From positions 1 to 55,816 of the forward strand of contig CACLKH010000005.1 of assembly GCA_902607475.1 (NCBI GenBank): a stretch of DNA of 55,816 nucleotides. The letters run 5' to 3'. The DNA is from an uncultured Alphaproteobacteria bacterium (lineage in GTDB: Bacteria > Pseudomonadota > Alphaproteobacteria > GCA-002720895). Positions 1 to 7,645 of this stretch are shown piece after piece. Under the pieces are notes generated by a model. The model searched no databases. It was given only the letters and a program-made list of their open reading frames with translations, and was not told where the DNA came from. Position 1 is the first letter of the stretch. Every line of letters begins with the position of its first letter. A program made the position numbers and the translations under genes.

Positions 1-671
1 TTATTATTCTCATCTAATTTATTTAGTTTAATTTCTTGATTCTCGTCTTTTTCTTCTAGTAAAGTAATTTTCTCAGTTTCATCTTCCCTTGAAACTGGAG
101 TGTTGAGGGATTTTTCTGGTCCAGATAATCTTCTATTCATTTCAATTACATCTTTTTCTTCAATTTTTAATTTTTTAGAACTTAATTTTTTTGCTATCTT
201 TTTTACAATTTCTGGAGGAAGCTCACCTTTTTCAATTTGTTGCATTTGACTTTTTAATTTTTGTAAATTAAAAAAAAGTTTTTTTTGAGCTGCTGTTGTT
301 CCTAATTTTACTAACGACCAAGAATTTAAAATAAATTCATTTATACTTGCTTTTATCCACCACATTGCATAGGTGGATAGTCTGAAACCTTTATCAGGGT
401 CAAATTTTTTTACTGCTTTCATAAGACCAACATTCCCTTCAGAAATAATATCCTCAATTGAAAGCTTATAACCTCTATATCCGAATGCTATTTTAGCAAC
501 TAATCGTAAATGGCTTGTTATAAGTCTTCGAGCCGCTTTTGCATCGCCTTTTGTTTGCCATCTTTTAGCTAGCATGTATTCCTCTTTTTCAGATAGTAAT
601 GGAAATTTATTTATAGAAGCTAAGTAATTTGAAATACCTTTACTTGTTGGGGTTAATAGACCTGTTGTCAT
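1..671 (-). CDS. rpoH: RNA polymerase sigma-32 factor (RpoH paralog), 3' end runs off the window
   Basis: Not in ORF track. Manual translation from ATG at 671: MTTGLLTPTSKGISNYLASINKFPLLS...TSHLRLVAKIAFGYRGY...EGNVGLMKAVKKFDPDKGFRLSTYAMWWIKASINEFILNSWSLVKLGTTAAQKKLFFNL (sigma70 region 2 plus RpoH box). Confidence 0.93.
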   Translation of the reverse strand, partial: MTTGLLTPTSKGISNYLASINKFPLLSEKEEYMLAKRWQTKGDAKAARRLITSHLRLVAKIAFGYRGYKLSIEDIISEGNVGLMKAVKKFDPDKGFRLSTYAMWWIKASINEFILNSWSLVKLGTTAAQKKLFFNLQKLKSQMQQIEKGELPPEIVKKIAKKLSSKKLKIEEKDVIEMNRRLSGPEKSLNTPVSREDETEKITLLEEKDENQEIKLNKLDENN

Positions 672-721
672 CTTAATTAGTATATAATATTATTTATATC
701 AAAAAACAATATTTCGATTTT

Positions 722-796
722 GGGTGCGTAGCTCAGTGGTAGAGCACTACGTTGACATCGTAGGGGTCGGAAGTTCAAATCTTCTCGCACCCACCA
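722..796 (+). tRNA. tRNA-Val(GAC)
   Basis: GGGTGCG acceptor stem pairs with CGCACCC; D arm TAGCTCAGTGGTAGAGC; anticodon arm CTACG-TTGACAT-CGTAG; T loop GTTCAAAT; encoded CCA end. Confidence 0.97.
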
Positions 797-843
797 ATAT
801 TTTCAAGGGTTTAAGTCTTTTCACTATTTAATCTTTATTGCCC

Positions 844-871
844 GTGGACACATAGTGGACAAAAATGTCTC
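844..871 (+). repeat. GTGGACA-containing direct repeat, copy 1 (putative integrase arm-type sites)
   Basis: GTGGACACATAGTGGACAA (844-862) vs GTGGACACATGGTGGATAA (1244-1262), 17/19 identical; extra GTGGACA at 886-892. Confidence 0.65.
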
Positions 872-1010
872 AACTTCTGTGTTTCGTGGACAATACCTCG
901 GGGGTTTTTTTGCAATTTTTTTAAATTAAAAAGTATTGCATTAAATTAAATTATCGATATATATAACTGCTTATTAATTTATTAACTTTTACTATTGAAA
1001 TAACGAACAA

Positions 1011-1220
1011 ATGAGTTCAAAAACCGGCAAAGTCAAATGGTTTAATCCAAACAAAGGTTACGGATTTGTAGATCAAGATGACGATGAGAAGGATATATTC
1101 TTACATATTACTGCGTTGCAAAAAGCAAATATTTCTGTACTTAACGAAGGTGATAAAATATCATACGACGTTGAAGAGGAAAATGGCAAACAAAGCGCTA
1201 CTAATTTAAAGCAAATATAA
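1011..1220 (+). CDS. cspA: Cold-shock protein (CspA family)
   Basis: GKVKWFN, RNP1 KGYGFV, RNP2 IFLHIT; 69 aa. Confidence 0.96.
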   Translation: MSSKTGKVKWFNPNKGYGFVDQDDDEKDIFLHITALQKANISVLNEGDKISYDVEEENGKQSATNLKQI

Positions 1221-1243
1221 TTCCTTACATATATTTTTAGTCT

Positions 1244-1271
1244 GTGGACACATGGTGGATAATTTTGTCCA
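1244..1271 (+). repeat. GTGGACA-containing direct repeat, copy 2
   Basis: Lies exactly 400 bp after copy 1; ends in an inverted half-site TGTCCA (1266-1271). Confidence 0.65.
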
Positions 1272-1307
1272 GAGCTTATATAAGAAAGATTAGTGATCTT
1301 AGGTAAT

Positions 1308-1439
1308 GCACTACGTTGACATCGTAGGGGTCGGAAGTTCAACTCTTCTCGCACCCACCAAGTTTTGTGTATGGCTCTTTAAAACAGGGTAACTAGACAT
1401 TATATAGACACTATGGTAAATCATTAAAATCTTTATTTG
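1308..1439 (+). repeat. tRNA-Val 3' fragment (att-like, 1308-1360) plus ~80-bp downstream flank shared with 5112-5191
   Basis: 52/53 identical to tRNA positions 744-796. Flank agttttgtg..taaaacagggtaactagacattatata..aatctttatttg recurs after the copy at 5059. Confidence 0.92.
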
Positions 1440-1506
1440 CCACGTGATTTAGTAAAAATATTCAACCAATATTAATCTAAAAAAACTGTCACATTACGAG
1501 AGATAT

Positions 1507-2691
1507 TTGTCTGTGGAGAAAACGACGCTTATTATGAGTAAAAAAAACTTAATAGAAAAAGACAGAGAAAAATTAACGGTGCAGGAAAATGGGCATAATA
1601 TTTTATCCTCTAAAAAAAAATATTTTTATCCTAATAAAATTGATAAAACGATTGAAATTGTTATTGTTCCTAAATTAGCTGACATAACAGAAAATCAAAA
1701 AAATGTTGGGATTGTATTAGACGAAAAAATCATTTTAAAAATTTTATCTAAGCGTTATAGCAATGTCTCAATTACCGAGATCAATACTAAAAATGATTTG
1801 AAAAAATTAGCATTAAGAAAACCAGATTTAGTTTTCTCGGGTGTTAAATATTTTTATTTTGCTGATGGAATTATTTGGCTTAATGATTATTTAGAACTTC
1901 ATGATATTTTGTATATCGCTTCGGACAGGGCAGCGCTTCATAATGAGCATGATAAAAGTATAGCCAAAAAAATTATACAAAAAGCTAATATTAGGACGGC
2001 TGATTTTTTCACAACAGAGCCTGGGAAGCACCAAAATGAAATGTCGATCCCTATTGCCTTCCCTCTTTTTATAAAACCCTTAACTGGTGGAGACAGTAGA
2101 GGAGTTGATGCAAATTCCATCGTGTATGATTTTTTAAGTTTTCAAGCAAAGATATTAGATATTAAGCGCAAGTACAATTTACGTTCTTTAGTAGAAACGT
2201 ATTTATCTGGAAAAGAGTACAGTGTCAGCATTCTTCAAGATCACTCTAATGAAAATCTAGAAGCAATGCCAATAGAAATTGCTGTTAAAAGAAACATTAA
2301 CGGTCATCGTATTCTTGACTACGATATTAAGGAGAATGATCACGAAAAGGTATTTAAAGTTTCGGATAGTAAAATTTTTAATCAACTCTCTGATTTATCA
2401 AAAAATGCTTTTACTGCATTAAATGGCAAATCACTGGGGCGAATTGATATTAAAATGGATTATCGTGGCGTTCCTTATTTTATTGAAGCTAACCTTATGC
2501 CTGGTCTTCGAAAAGGCTATTTTTACAGATCTTGTTTATTAAATCTTAATATGAGTTATGAGCAAATGATTTTAACCGTTGCCGATAACGGATTATCCTC
2601 TCGAAGAATTCATTCCAGTATTGCTAAAACTGAACTATCCTCTCGAAGAATTCATTCCAGTACTGCTAATACTGGACTATCTTCACATTAA
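1507..2691 (+). CDS. ATP-grasp enzyme, D-Ala-D-Ala ligase-like (atypical N-terminus; true start may be ATG 1534 or later)
   Basis: DKSIAK, FPLFIKPLTGGDSRGV, LVETYLSGKEYSV, GRIDIK, YFIEANLMPGL motifs of the Ddl C-terminal ATP-grasp domain. Confidence 0.8.
   Translation: MSVEKTTLIMSKKNLIEKDREKLTVQENGHNILSSKKKYFYPNKIDKTIEIVIVPKLADITENQKNVGIVLDEKIILKILSKRYSNVSITEINTKNDLKKLALRKPDLVFSGVKYFYFADGIIWLNDYLELHDILYIASDRAALHNEHDKSIAKKIIQKANIRTADFFTTEPGKHQNEMSIPIAFPLFIKPLTGGDSRGVDANSIVYDFLSFQAKILDIKRKYNLRSLVETYLSGKEYSVSILQDHSNENLEAMPIEIAVKRNINGHRILDYDIKENDHEKVFKVSDSKIFNQLSDLSKNAFTALNGKSLGRIDIKMDYRGVPYFIEANLMPGLRKGYFYRSCLLNLNMSYEQMILTVADNGLSSRRIHSSIAKTELSSRRIHSSTANTGLSSH
2593..2676 (+). repeat. 42-bp in-frame tandem duplication at the 3' end of the ATP-grasp gene
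   Basis: Encodes LSSRRIHSSIAKTE / LSSRRIHSSTANTG, followed by a partial LSSH. Confidence 0.9.
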
Positions 2692-2731
2692 TTATTTTAC
2701 ATTTTAATATAAGAAAATCTTCTGCCCATGC

Positions 2732-2748
2732 ACCGTGATCCGTGATTA
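2732..2748 (+). repeat. 17-bp direct repeat at the 3' boundary of the beta-barrel gene
   Basis: ACCGTGATCCGTGATTA; partner ACCGTGATACGGGATTA at 3490-3506 (15/17). Confidence 0.6.
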
Positions 2749-3468
2749 TTTTTGACGAAAATAATAGACTAATCCAAGTTGAGCTTGAGTTAAGGTATTT
2801 TCATATTTAAAAAAAGCTCTTGTACCTGCACCATCGGTTGCGAACCACTGTTCTTCCATATTGGTAAAATCATAATGTCTTCCACCAAACTTAACGCCAA
2901 GATTTTGGGTTAAAAGATGTTCTATTTCAAAACCTAGATAAAACCCTGGAACTAAATCTTGAGTATGAGGAGAATTTGTATAATCAGGGCTCCCGCTGCT
3001 ATAAGTTGTATATTTATTAAGAATATTTGCAAGAGCAGCACCGGCATCAAAAGAAACTTTACCTTGGCCTAAATTAAATCCTAATTCTATTCCACCTGAT
3101 ATAACTTGATGGCCGCGATAATGAGTTTCTGAAACCCAATTACTGCCTCCATGTGACCTGTCATCAATTAGGTAGGTTCCACCAATTTCAAATCCGGTAT
3201 ATAAATCACGGTTAAAAGGAAGAGCAGAATCCCATTTCTTATCGTACCCTGTTGACCAAGAAAAGCCAGGGACTGATAAATCTAAACTATTATGCAGACG
3301 AGTTCCGGTTTGACCGTGGCCATTATTATCACGCCACCTTGTATCTATGTTGGTAGCATTAGCTGATATACTAAAATTAAGACCTGAATAATCTCTAGCA
3401 CTCGCGTTACTTGATATCACTAATAATATAGCTGTAGCAAACAAGGAACCTTTCATTAAGTTTTTCAT
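2746..3468 (-). CDS. Outer-membrane beta-barrel protein (Omp25/Omp31-like size)
   Basis: Signal peptide MKNLMKGSLFATAILLVISSNASA, alternating aromatic/Gly strands, C-terminal LGLVYYF. ATG 3468 preferred over TTG 3486. Confidence 0.75.
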   Translation of the reverse strand: MKNLMKGSLFATAILLVISSNASARDYSGLNFSISANATNIDTRWRDNNGHGQTGTRLHNSLDLSVPGFSWSTGYDKKWDSALPFNRDLYTGFEIGGTYLIDDRSHGGSNWVSETHYRGHQVISGGIELGFNLGQGKVSFDAGAALANILNKYTTYSSGSPDYTNSPHTQDLVPGFYLGFEIEHLLTQNLGVKFGGRHYDFTNMEEQWFATDGAGTRAFFKYENTLTQAQLGLVYYFRQK

Positions 3469-3489
3469 AACGAAATCATAGCACAATTA

Positions 3490-3506
3490 ACCGTGATACG
3501 GGATTA
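3490..3506 (+). repeat. 17-bp direct repeat at the 5' boundary of the beta-barrel gene
   Basis: ACCGTGATACGGGATTA, 15/17 identical to 2732-2748. Confidence 0.6.
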
Positions 3507-3640
3507 AGGATTCTACAAATTATTTATAATCGATTTAATCGATTAAAGAAATGAAAATAATTCATTGAGTCGATACTTATATTTACCACAATTAGTATTT
3601 ATATTTCATTGTATTATTAATTTATAGAAAGGAAACAATT

Positions 3641-3925
3641 ATGAAAAAAGTATTAATAAGTACCCTTGCTTTAGCTTTTACTGCTTTAATAGTAACAACA
3701 TCTTTTGCACAAACAAAAAAGGATGGCTACAATGCTAAAGTTCAAAGCTATGCATTAGCAAAAATGTCAGGTAATCCAGTTGATGCACTAGGATATACAT
3801 CTGGAAAACCTTTTCATGTACTTGATACTTCTAAACTTGATGCAAAATTATATCGTTTAGAGGATCAAAAAACTATTAATCAAAAACGTTTTGTTCTTTA
3901 CAAAATGTCTGGCTTAATAAAATAG
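3641..3925 (+). CDS. Small secreted hypothetical protein
   Basis: SD AAAGGA, signal peptide ending SFA-Q, followed by a terminator. Confidence 0.8.
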   Translation: MKKVLISTLALAFTALIVTTSFAQTKKDGYNAKVQSYALAKMSGNPVDALGYTSGKPFHVLDTSKLDAKLYRLEDQKTINQKRFVLYKMSGLIK

Positions 3926-3936
3926 TCTAGAGAAAT

Positions 3937-3968
3937 GCCCTTTGCGTGTTAAAGGGTCTTTTTTTTTT
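3937..3968 (+). terminator. Rho-independent terminator
   Basis: GCCCTTTG-loop-TAAAGGGT stem followed by a long T run, between convergent genes. Confidence 0.7.
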
Positions 3969-4977
3969 ATTTTTTTATTAATAATCGCATTTCTCCCTCA
4001 CCCCAAATTTTATTTCCGTTCTTATAATTTTTAAGACCGTACTCTAAGTCAGTTTTTCTTCCAACTTTCATTCTTTGGATATTTGTAACACGTAATTTTT
4101 TTAAAGTAGTTAAAACTTCTTTTAGAGAACAATGTGTCTCACGTGGTACATACCAATTGTCCATAAAAATATACCTATTTGAAGGCATGCCAATCATATC
4201 TAAAACTTTTTGGGAGTATTCTTGTGGTATCTTTTTCATTAATTTGTTCATTTCTCGTCTTGCTGACCAATAAATTCCACCACGGCCGTAAAGATATAAC
4301 CATACGTAACAGCCAGGTTTGCAGATTCTGACAATTTCTTTTATTACTTTTTTATAATTAGTTGTGTGATGCGCAACTCCATTACAATAAACAAAATCAA
4401 AAGAATTACTTTTAAAATTTAAATTTAATACATCTTGCTTTCTAAATATAAGATTTTTTAATTTATAATTTTTTTTTGCTAATTTTATTCCATCATCACT
4501 AAAGTCAACACCATATACTTTTTGACCACCCAATTGTTTTAAGGCAAATGAATATCTACCACCACCACATCCCACATCAATAATTTTTTTTACCTTAAAA
4601 AAACTATTGACATTAATGTTACTAAAATTTTTAAATCTTTCTTTAATGTAGTTTTTTGCTTTTAAATTTTCTTTTTCGGAAAAAATCTTCCATAGCTTAG
4701 CATAAACACCTCCTGTTTTTGTTTTCAATTCAACTTCTTTTAGATTTTCAAATTTAATATTATAGTGTCCTAAATTTGCTAGATCCTGACAAATATGTAT
4801 TAACTGGTTTTGCAATAGGTTTATTCTTTTAATTGGATTTTTTATTTTAAATTTAATATGAGGATCGTGTGGGAATAAATTTCTTATATATTCGTGCAAG
4901 ATAATAACTACAAAATATGGATGCGTAGCAATTAATTTTTTGCACAATTGAAATAATTTCTTTTGTTTTTTAATCAA
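3967..4977 (-). CDS. Class I SAM-dependent methyltransferase
   Basis: Motif I IIDVGCGGGRYS, GVDFS, FDFVYCNGVAHH, EIVRICKPG. Confidence 0.88.
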   Translation of the reverse strand: MIKKQKKLFQLCKKLIATHPYFVVIILHEYIRNLFPHDPHIKFKIKNPIKRINLLQNQLIHICQDLANLGHYNIKFENLKEVELKTKTGGVYAKLWKIFSEKENLKAKNYIKERFKNFSNINVNSFFKVKKIIDVGCGGGRYSFALKQLGGQKVYGVDFSDDGIKLAKKNYKLKNLIFRKQDVLNLNFKSNSFDFVYCNGVAHHTTNYKKVIKEIVRICKPGCYVWLYLYGRGGIYWSARREMNKLMKKIPQEYSQKVLDMIGMPSNRYIFMDNWYVPRETHCSLKEVLTTLKKLRVTNIQRMKVGRKTDLEYGLKNYKNGNKIWGEGEMRLLIKK

Positions 4978-5058
4978 TTTACCCTAACTTCGTAGAGGAT
5001 ATAAGTTTTTTAGAAACTAATCTAGTCATACTTTTTATAGTTGGTTTACAGGGGAAAT

Positions 5059-5191
5059 GAGTACTATATGAAATCGTAGGAGTGGAAGTTTAACTCTTCT
5101 TGCACCTACCAAGTTTTGTGCTTGGCCCTTTAAAACAGGGTAACTAGACATTATATATATACTTATGGGAAATCATAAAAATCTTTATTTG
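5059..5191 (+). repeat. Degenerate tRNA-Val 3' fragment (5059-5111) plus flank homologous to 1361-1439
   Basis: atcgtaggagtggaagtttaactcttcttgcacctacca aligns to the tRNA 3' half with several substitutions; downstream flank shared with the copy at 1308. Confidence 0.88.
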
Positions 5192-5345
5192 AGCAAAGTT
5201 TCAGAAACGTCACAAAAAAGAAATTGTCTTAGGTGCGAAAAACTATTTTTAAGTGAGCATATAGGGAATAGACTTTGTCCAAGATGTGAGAAGAGATCCT
5301 AGTTTTTTCAACCTTACTTTTTCTTAATAATAACTTTTATTAATA

Positions 5346-5357
5346 TCGGACCCACCA
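5346..5357 (+). repeat. Short tRNA-Val 3'-end remnant (possible outermost att)
   Basis: TCGGACCCACCA vs tRNA end TCGCACCCACCA (11/12). Confidence 0.5.
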
Positions 5358-5378
5358 AATTTTTTTTTTAAAAATTTT

Positions 5379-6440
5379 TTAAAATAATGGAGATTCGTCA
5401 ATATCACTTTCTATTCTTGTTTTGTTTTTTAATCTACGAATCTGAACTTTTTTGTTAAAAAATTTGTCGTAGATTTTTTTAAGATTTTTATTTATAAAAT
5501 TTTTTTTAGTTAAATTAGTATATGGTTCATAGTGAGAACATTGTGTGCAACATTTTTTTAATTTACCACTAAACCAATTATTTCTTATTTCTTCAATTTG
5601 TTTATCGTTCCATGCTTCATGTAAAGTTTTGTAATTTTTTATGTTTCCACCCCAAAGTTCTGGTTCAACCCGACAAGAACAACCCTGAATTGTTCCATCA
5701 ACTAATATTTGCAGTTTTCTGTATAAAGCATAACAAGGAGTATTTTTTCTTTCATTCATATATTTAAGGCCTTTAAATTTTTGTCCTTTGGGAAGTCCGC
5801 TTTTTTTTATAATACCTCTAAAATCATCCCAAGATTCTAATATTGAAATATTTTTTGGGCTAATATATTTGATAATATTTTTATAAGTTTTTGATTTGAA
5901 AAACTTGTTATATGGTTTATCAATTCTTAATGCTAAATTAATATTTACAGGATAACTTAATTCTTTATTTTTTTTTATAATGTTAATTATATTTGATTTT
6001 ACTTGATCGTACATGTCTATTCCATACAGTCTTTTATATTGCTCTTTATTACCAAGAGCAGTTGATATTGTCATGGAAGTTAATCCTGAAGTTAATATTT
6101 TTTTAAAACCATGTCTATGAATTAGCGTGGCATTTGTATAACAAGTTGTTGTTTTAATGTTTTTAAATTTTCTTATTTTTTTTACTAAATTTAACCAATC
6201 CGGATGTGCACTTACTTCGCCTAAAATAGGTGATAAGCTAAAACTCCCTCCACCACCTTTTGAATATATTTTTAAAAGATGATCTAAAGATTCAATATCA
6301 ATTTTTTGTTTAACTCTTGGATCAGCAGCTTTACCATCTTTACCTTTACCATATCCGCAAAAACTACAATCGGCATTGCAAATATTAATAACTTCAGCAC
6401 CAGCAGTATTTGGGCGTTTTTTTAAATTATCTAGAGACAT
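5379..6440 (-). CDS. Radical SAM protein with C-terminal SPASM/twitch domain
   Basis: CNADCSFC (CxxxCxxC) near the N-terminus; C-terminal PCY..QGCSC..GNI..WN..CCTQC. Confidence 0.88.
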   Translation of the reverse strand: MSLDNLKKRPNTAGAEVINICNADCSFCGYGKGKDGKAADPRVKQKIDIESLDHLLKIYSKGGGGSFSLSPILGEVSAHPDWLNLVKKIRKFKNIKTTTCYTNATLIHRHGFKKILTSGLTSMTISTALGNKEQYKRLYGIDMYDQVKSNIINIIKKNKELSYPVNINLALRIDKPYNKFFKSKTYKNIIKYISPKNISILESWDDFRGIIKKSGLPKGQKFKGLKYMNERKNTPCYALYRKLQILVDGTIQGCSCRVEPELWGGNIKNYKTLHEAWNDKQIEEIRNNWFSGKLKKCCTQCSHYEPYTNLTKKNFINKNLKKIYDKFFNKKVQIRRLKNKTRIESDIDESPLF

Positions 6441-6504
6441 TTTATTTTTATTTAATATATTACTATTTAAAAAAATTTAAATAAAACTTAATTTAATAAA
6501 AAAA

Positions 6505-7494
6505 TTGGATAAAAAAAAAACAAAAACTTATTTTTTTAGAATTTTCTTACTTTTTGTAATTTTTTTAATTTATTATTTTCCTGTTAAAGCTAATAATAAC
6601 TTATTTTTGGAAGATAACTTTTTTCCGGAAGGCATAACAATCTCAAAGAATGGAAATATTTATGTTGGTAGCTTAAAAGAAAATAAAATTGTAAAGTTTA
6701 AAAACAAAAAAAAAGATTCTGAACTTTTTGTTCCATCCAATTCTAACGGATTAATGTCTGTAATTGGAATTTTAGCCGATGATCATAATAAAATTCTTTG
6801 GGCATGCTCATCTAATCCTGGAGTTACAAATTATCCAAGTGATGATCCTGTATCTCTTAAAGCCTTTGATTTAAATTCAGGTGAACCTCTTCAAAGTTAT
6901 GAATTTCCTAACAGTGGTTTTTGTAATGATATTACATTAGATTCTAATAACAATGTTTATGTTACAGACTCTTTCAATCCTCGTATTCTTCGTTTAAATA
7001 AATCAAAATCAAGGCTTGAAACCTGGTTTGAAAATGATGCATTTAAAGGTGAAGGATTTAATCTTAATGGTATCACTTTTACTAACAATAATATTTATAC
7101 AGTCAAAATGAATTCTGGAGAATTATTTAAAATTGGAATTGCTGATAATGGAAAACCTATTAATTTTACAAAAATAGATTTACCGCGACCTTTAAATGCT
7201 CCAGACGGTATTAAAGCTGTAAATAAAAAAAATTTATTAGTAGTTGAAAATAAAGGCAGTTTAACACACATCAATTTTAATAAAATTACTACACTTAAAA
7301 TTCTTAGAGATGATTTAGATACTCCTACCACTGTCGCAATAAAAGGAAATACTGCGTGGGTTCTTCAAGCACAATTCGGTCATTTATTTGGTGATGAAAA
7401 AGATGTTCCACCAGGGCCTTTTGAAATTATTAGTGTTCAATATAAACCATCAATATTGACATCACTTAAAAAACTACTAAATTTTCTAAATTAA
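6505..7494 (+). CDS. Secreted SMP-30/gluconolactonase-like beta-propeller protein
   Basis: FPEGI, NDITLD..NVYVTDS, LNGI, APDGI blade motifs; N-terminal signal/anchor. Confidence 0.8.
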   Translation: MDKKKTKTYFFRIFLLFVIFLIYYFPVKANNNLFLEDNFFPEGITISKNGNIYVGSLKENKIVKFKNKKKDSELFVPSNSNGLMSVIGILADDHNKILWACSSNPGVTNYPSDDPVSLKAFDLNSGEPLQSYEFPNSGFCNDITLDSNNNVYVTDSFNPRILRLNKSKSRLETWFENDAFKGEGFNLNGITFTNNNIYTVKMNSGELFKIGIADNGKPINFTKIDLPRPLNAPDGIKAVNKKNLLVVENKGSLTHINFNKITTLKILRDDLDTPTTVAIKGNTAWVLQAQFGHLFGDEKDVPPGPFEIISVQYKPSILTSLKKLLNFLN

Positions 7495-7506
7495 AGAGTT
7501 TTTTTT

Positions 7507-7632
7507 ATGAAAGTATTAAGTTCATTAAAATCTGCTAAAAGTCGTCATATAAAATGCAAAGTAGTTCGACGTAAGGGAAGAATCTACGTTATCAATAAAT
7601 CGAATCCTAGATTTAAAGCAAGACAAGGTTAA
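7507..7632 (+). CDS. rpmJ: 50S ribosomal protein L36 (zinc-free type)
   Basis: Not in ORF track. Manual translation: [41 protein letters not shown]. Confidence 0.96.
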   Translation: MKVLSSLKSAKSRHIKCKVVRRKGRIYVINKSNPRFKARQG

Positions 7633-7645
7633 TTCTTTTATAATT

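Larger units (their letters stand above)
797..5357. mobile_element. tRNA-Val-anchored additive genomic island (stacked modules, no integrase in window)
   Basis: Downstream copies of the tRNA 3' part at 1308-1360, 5059-5111 and 5346-5357 separate blocks of accessory genes. Confidence 0.75.

Noticed and set aside
1073-1354. 93-aa minus-strand ORF
   Set aside because: Antisense to cspA and the tRNA fragment; MREELNFRPLRCQRSAL is the typical translation of an antisense tRNA.
1308-1360. Second functional tRNA-Val
   Set aside because: Lacks the 5' acceptor strand and most of the D arm; it is an att-like fragment.
844-1439. CRISPR array
   Set aside because: Only two copies of each repeat, spacing of hundreds of bp with a gene in between, and no cas genes.
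1507-2691. vanA/vanB-type resistance ligase
   Set aside because: No vanH/vanX/vanRS context, and the N-terminal Ddl/Van motifs are absent.
7507-7632. Zinc-free L36 (and L31 at 17090) as a zinc-starvation novelty
   Set aside because: Cys-poor L31 and L36 are the normal forms in alphaproteobacteria.
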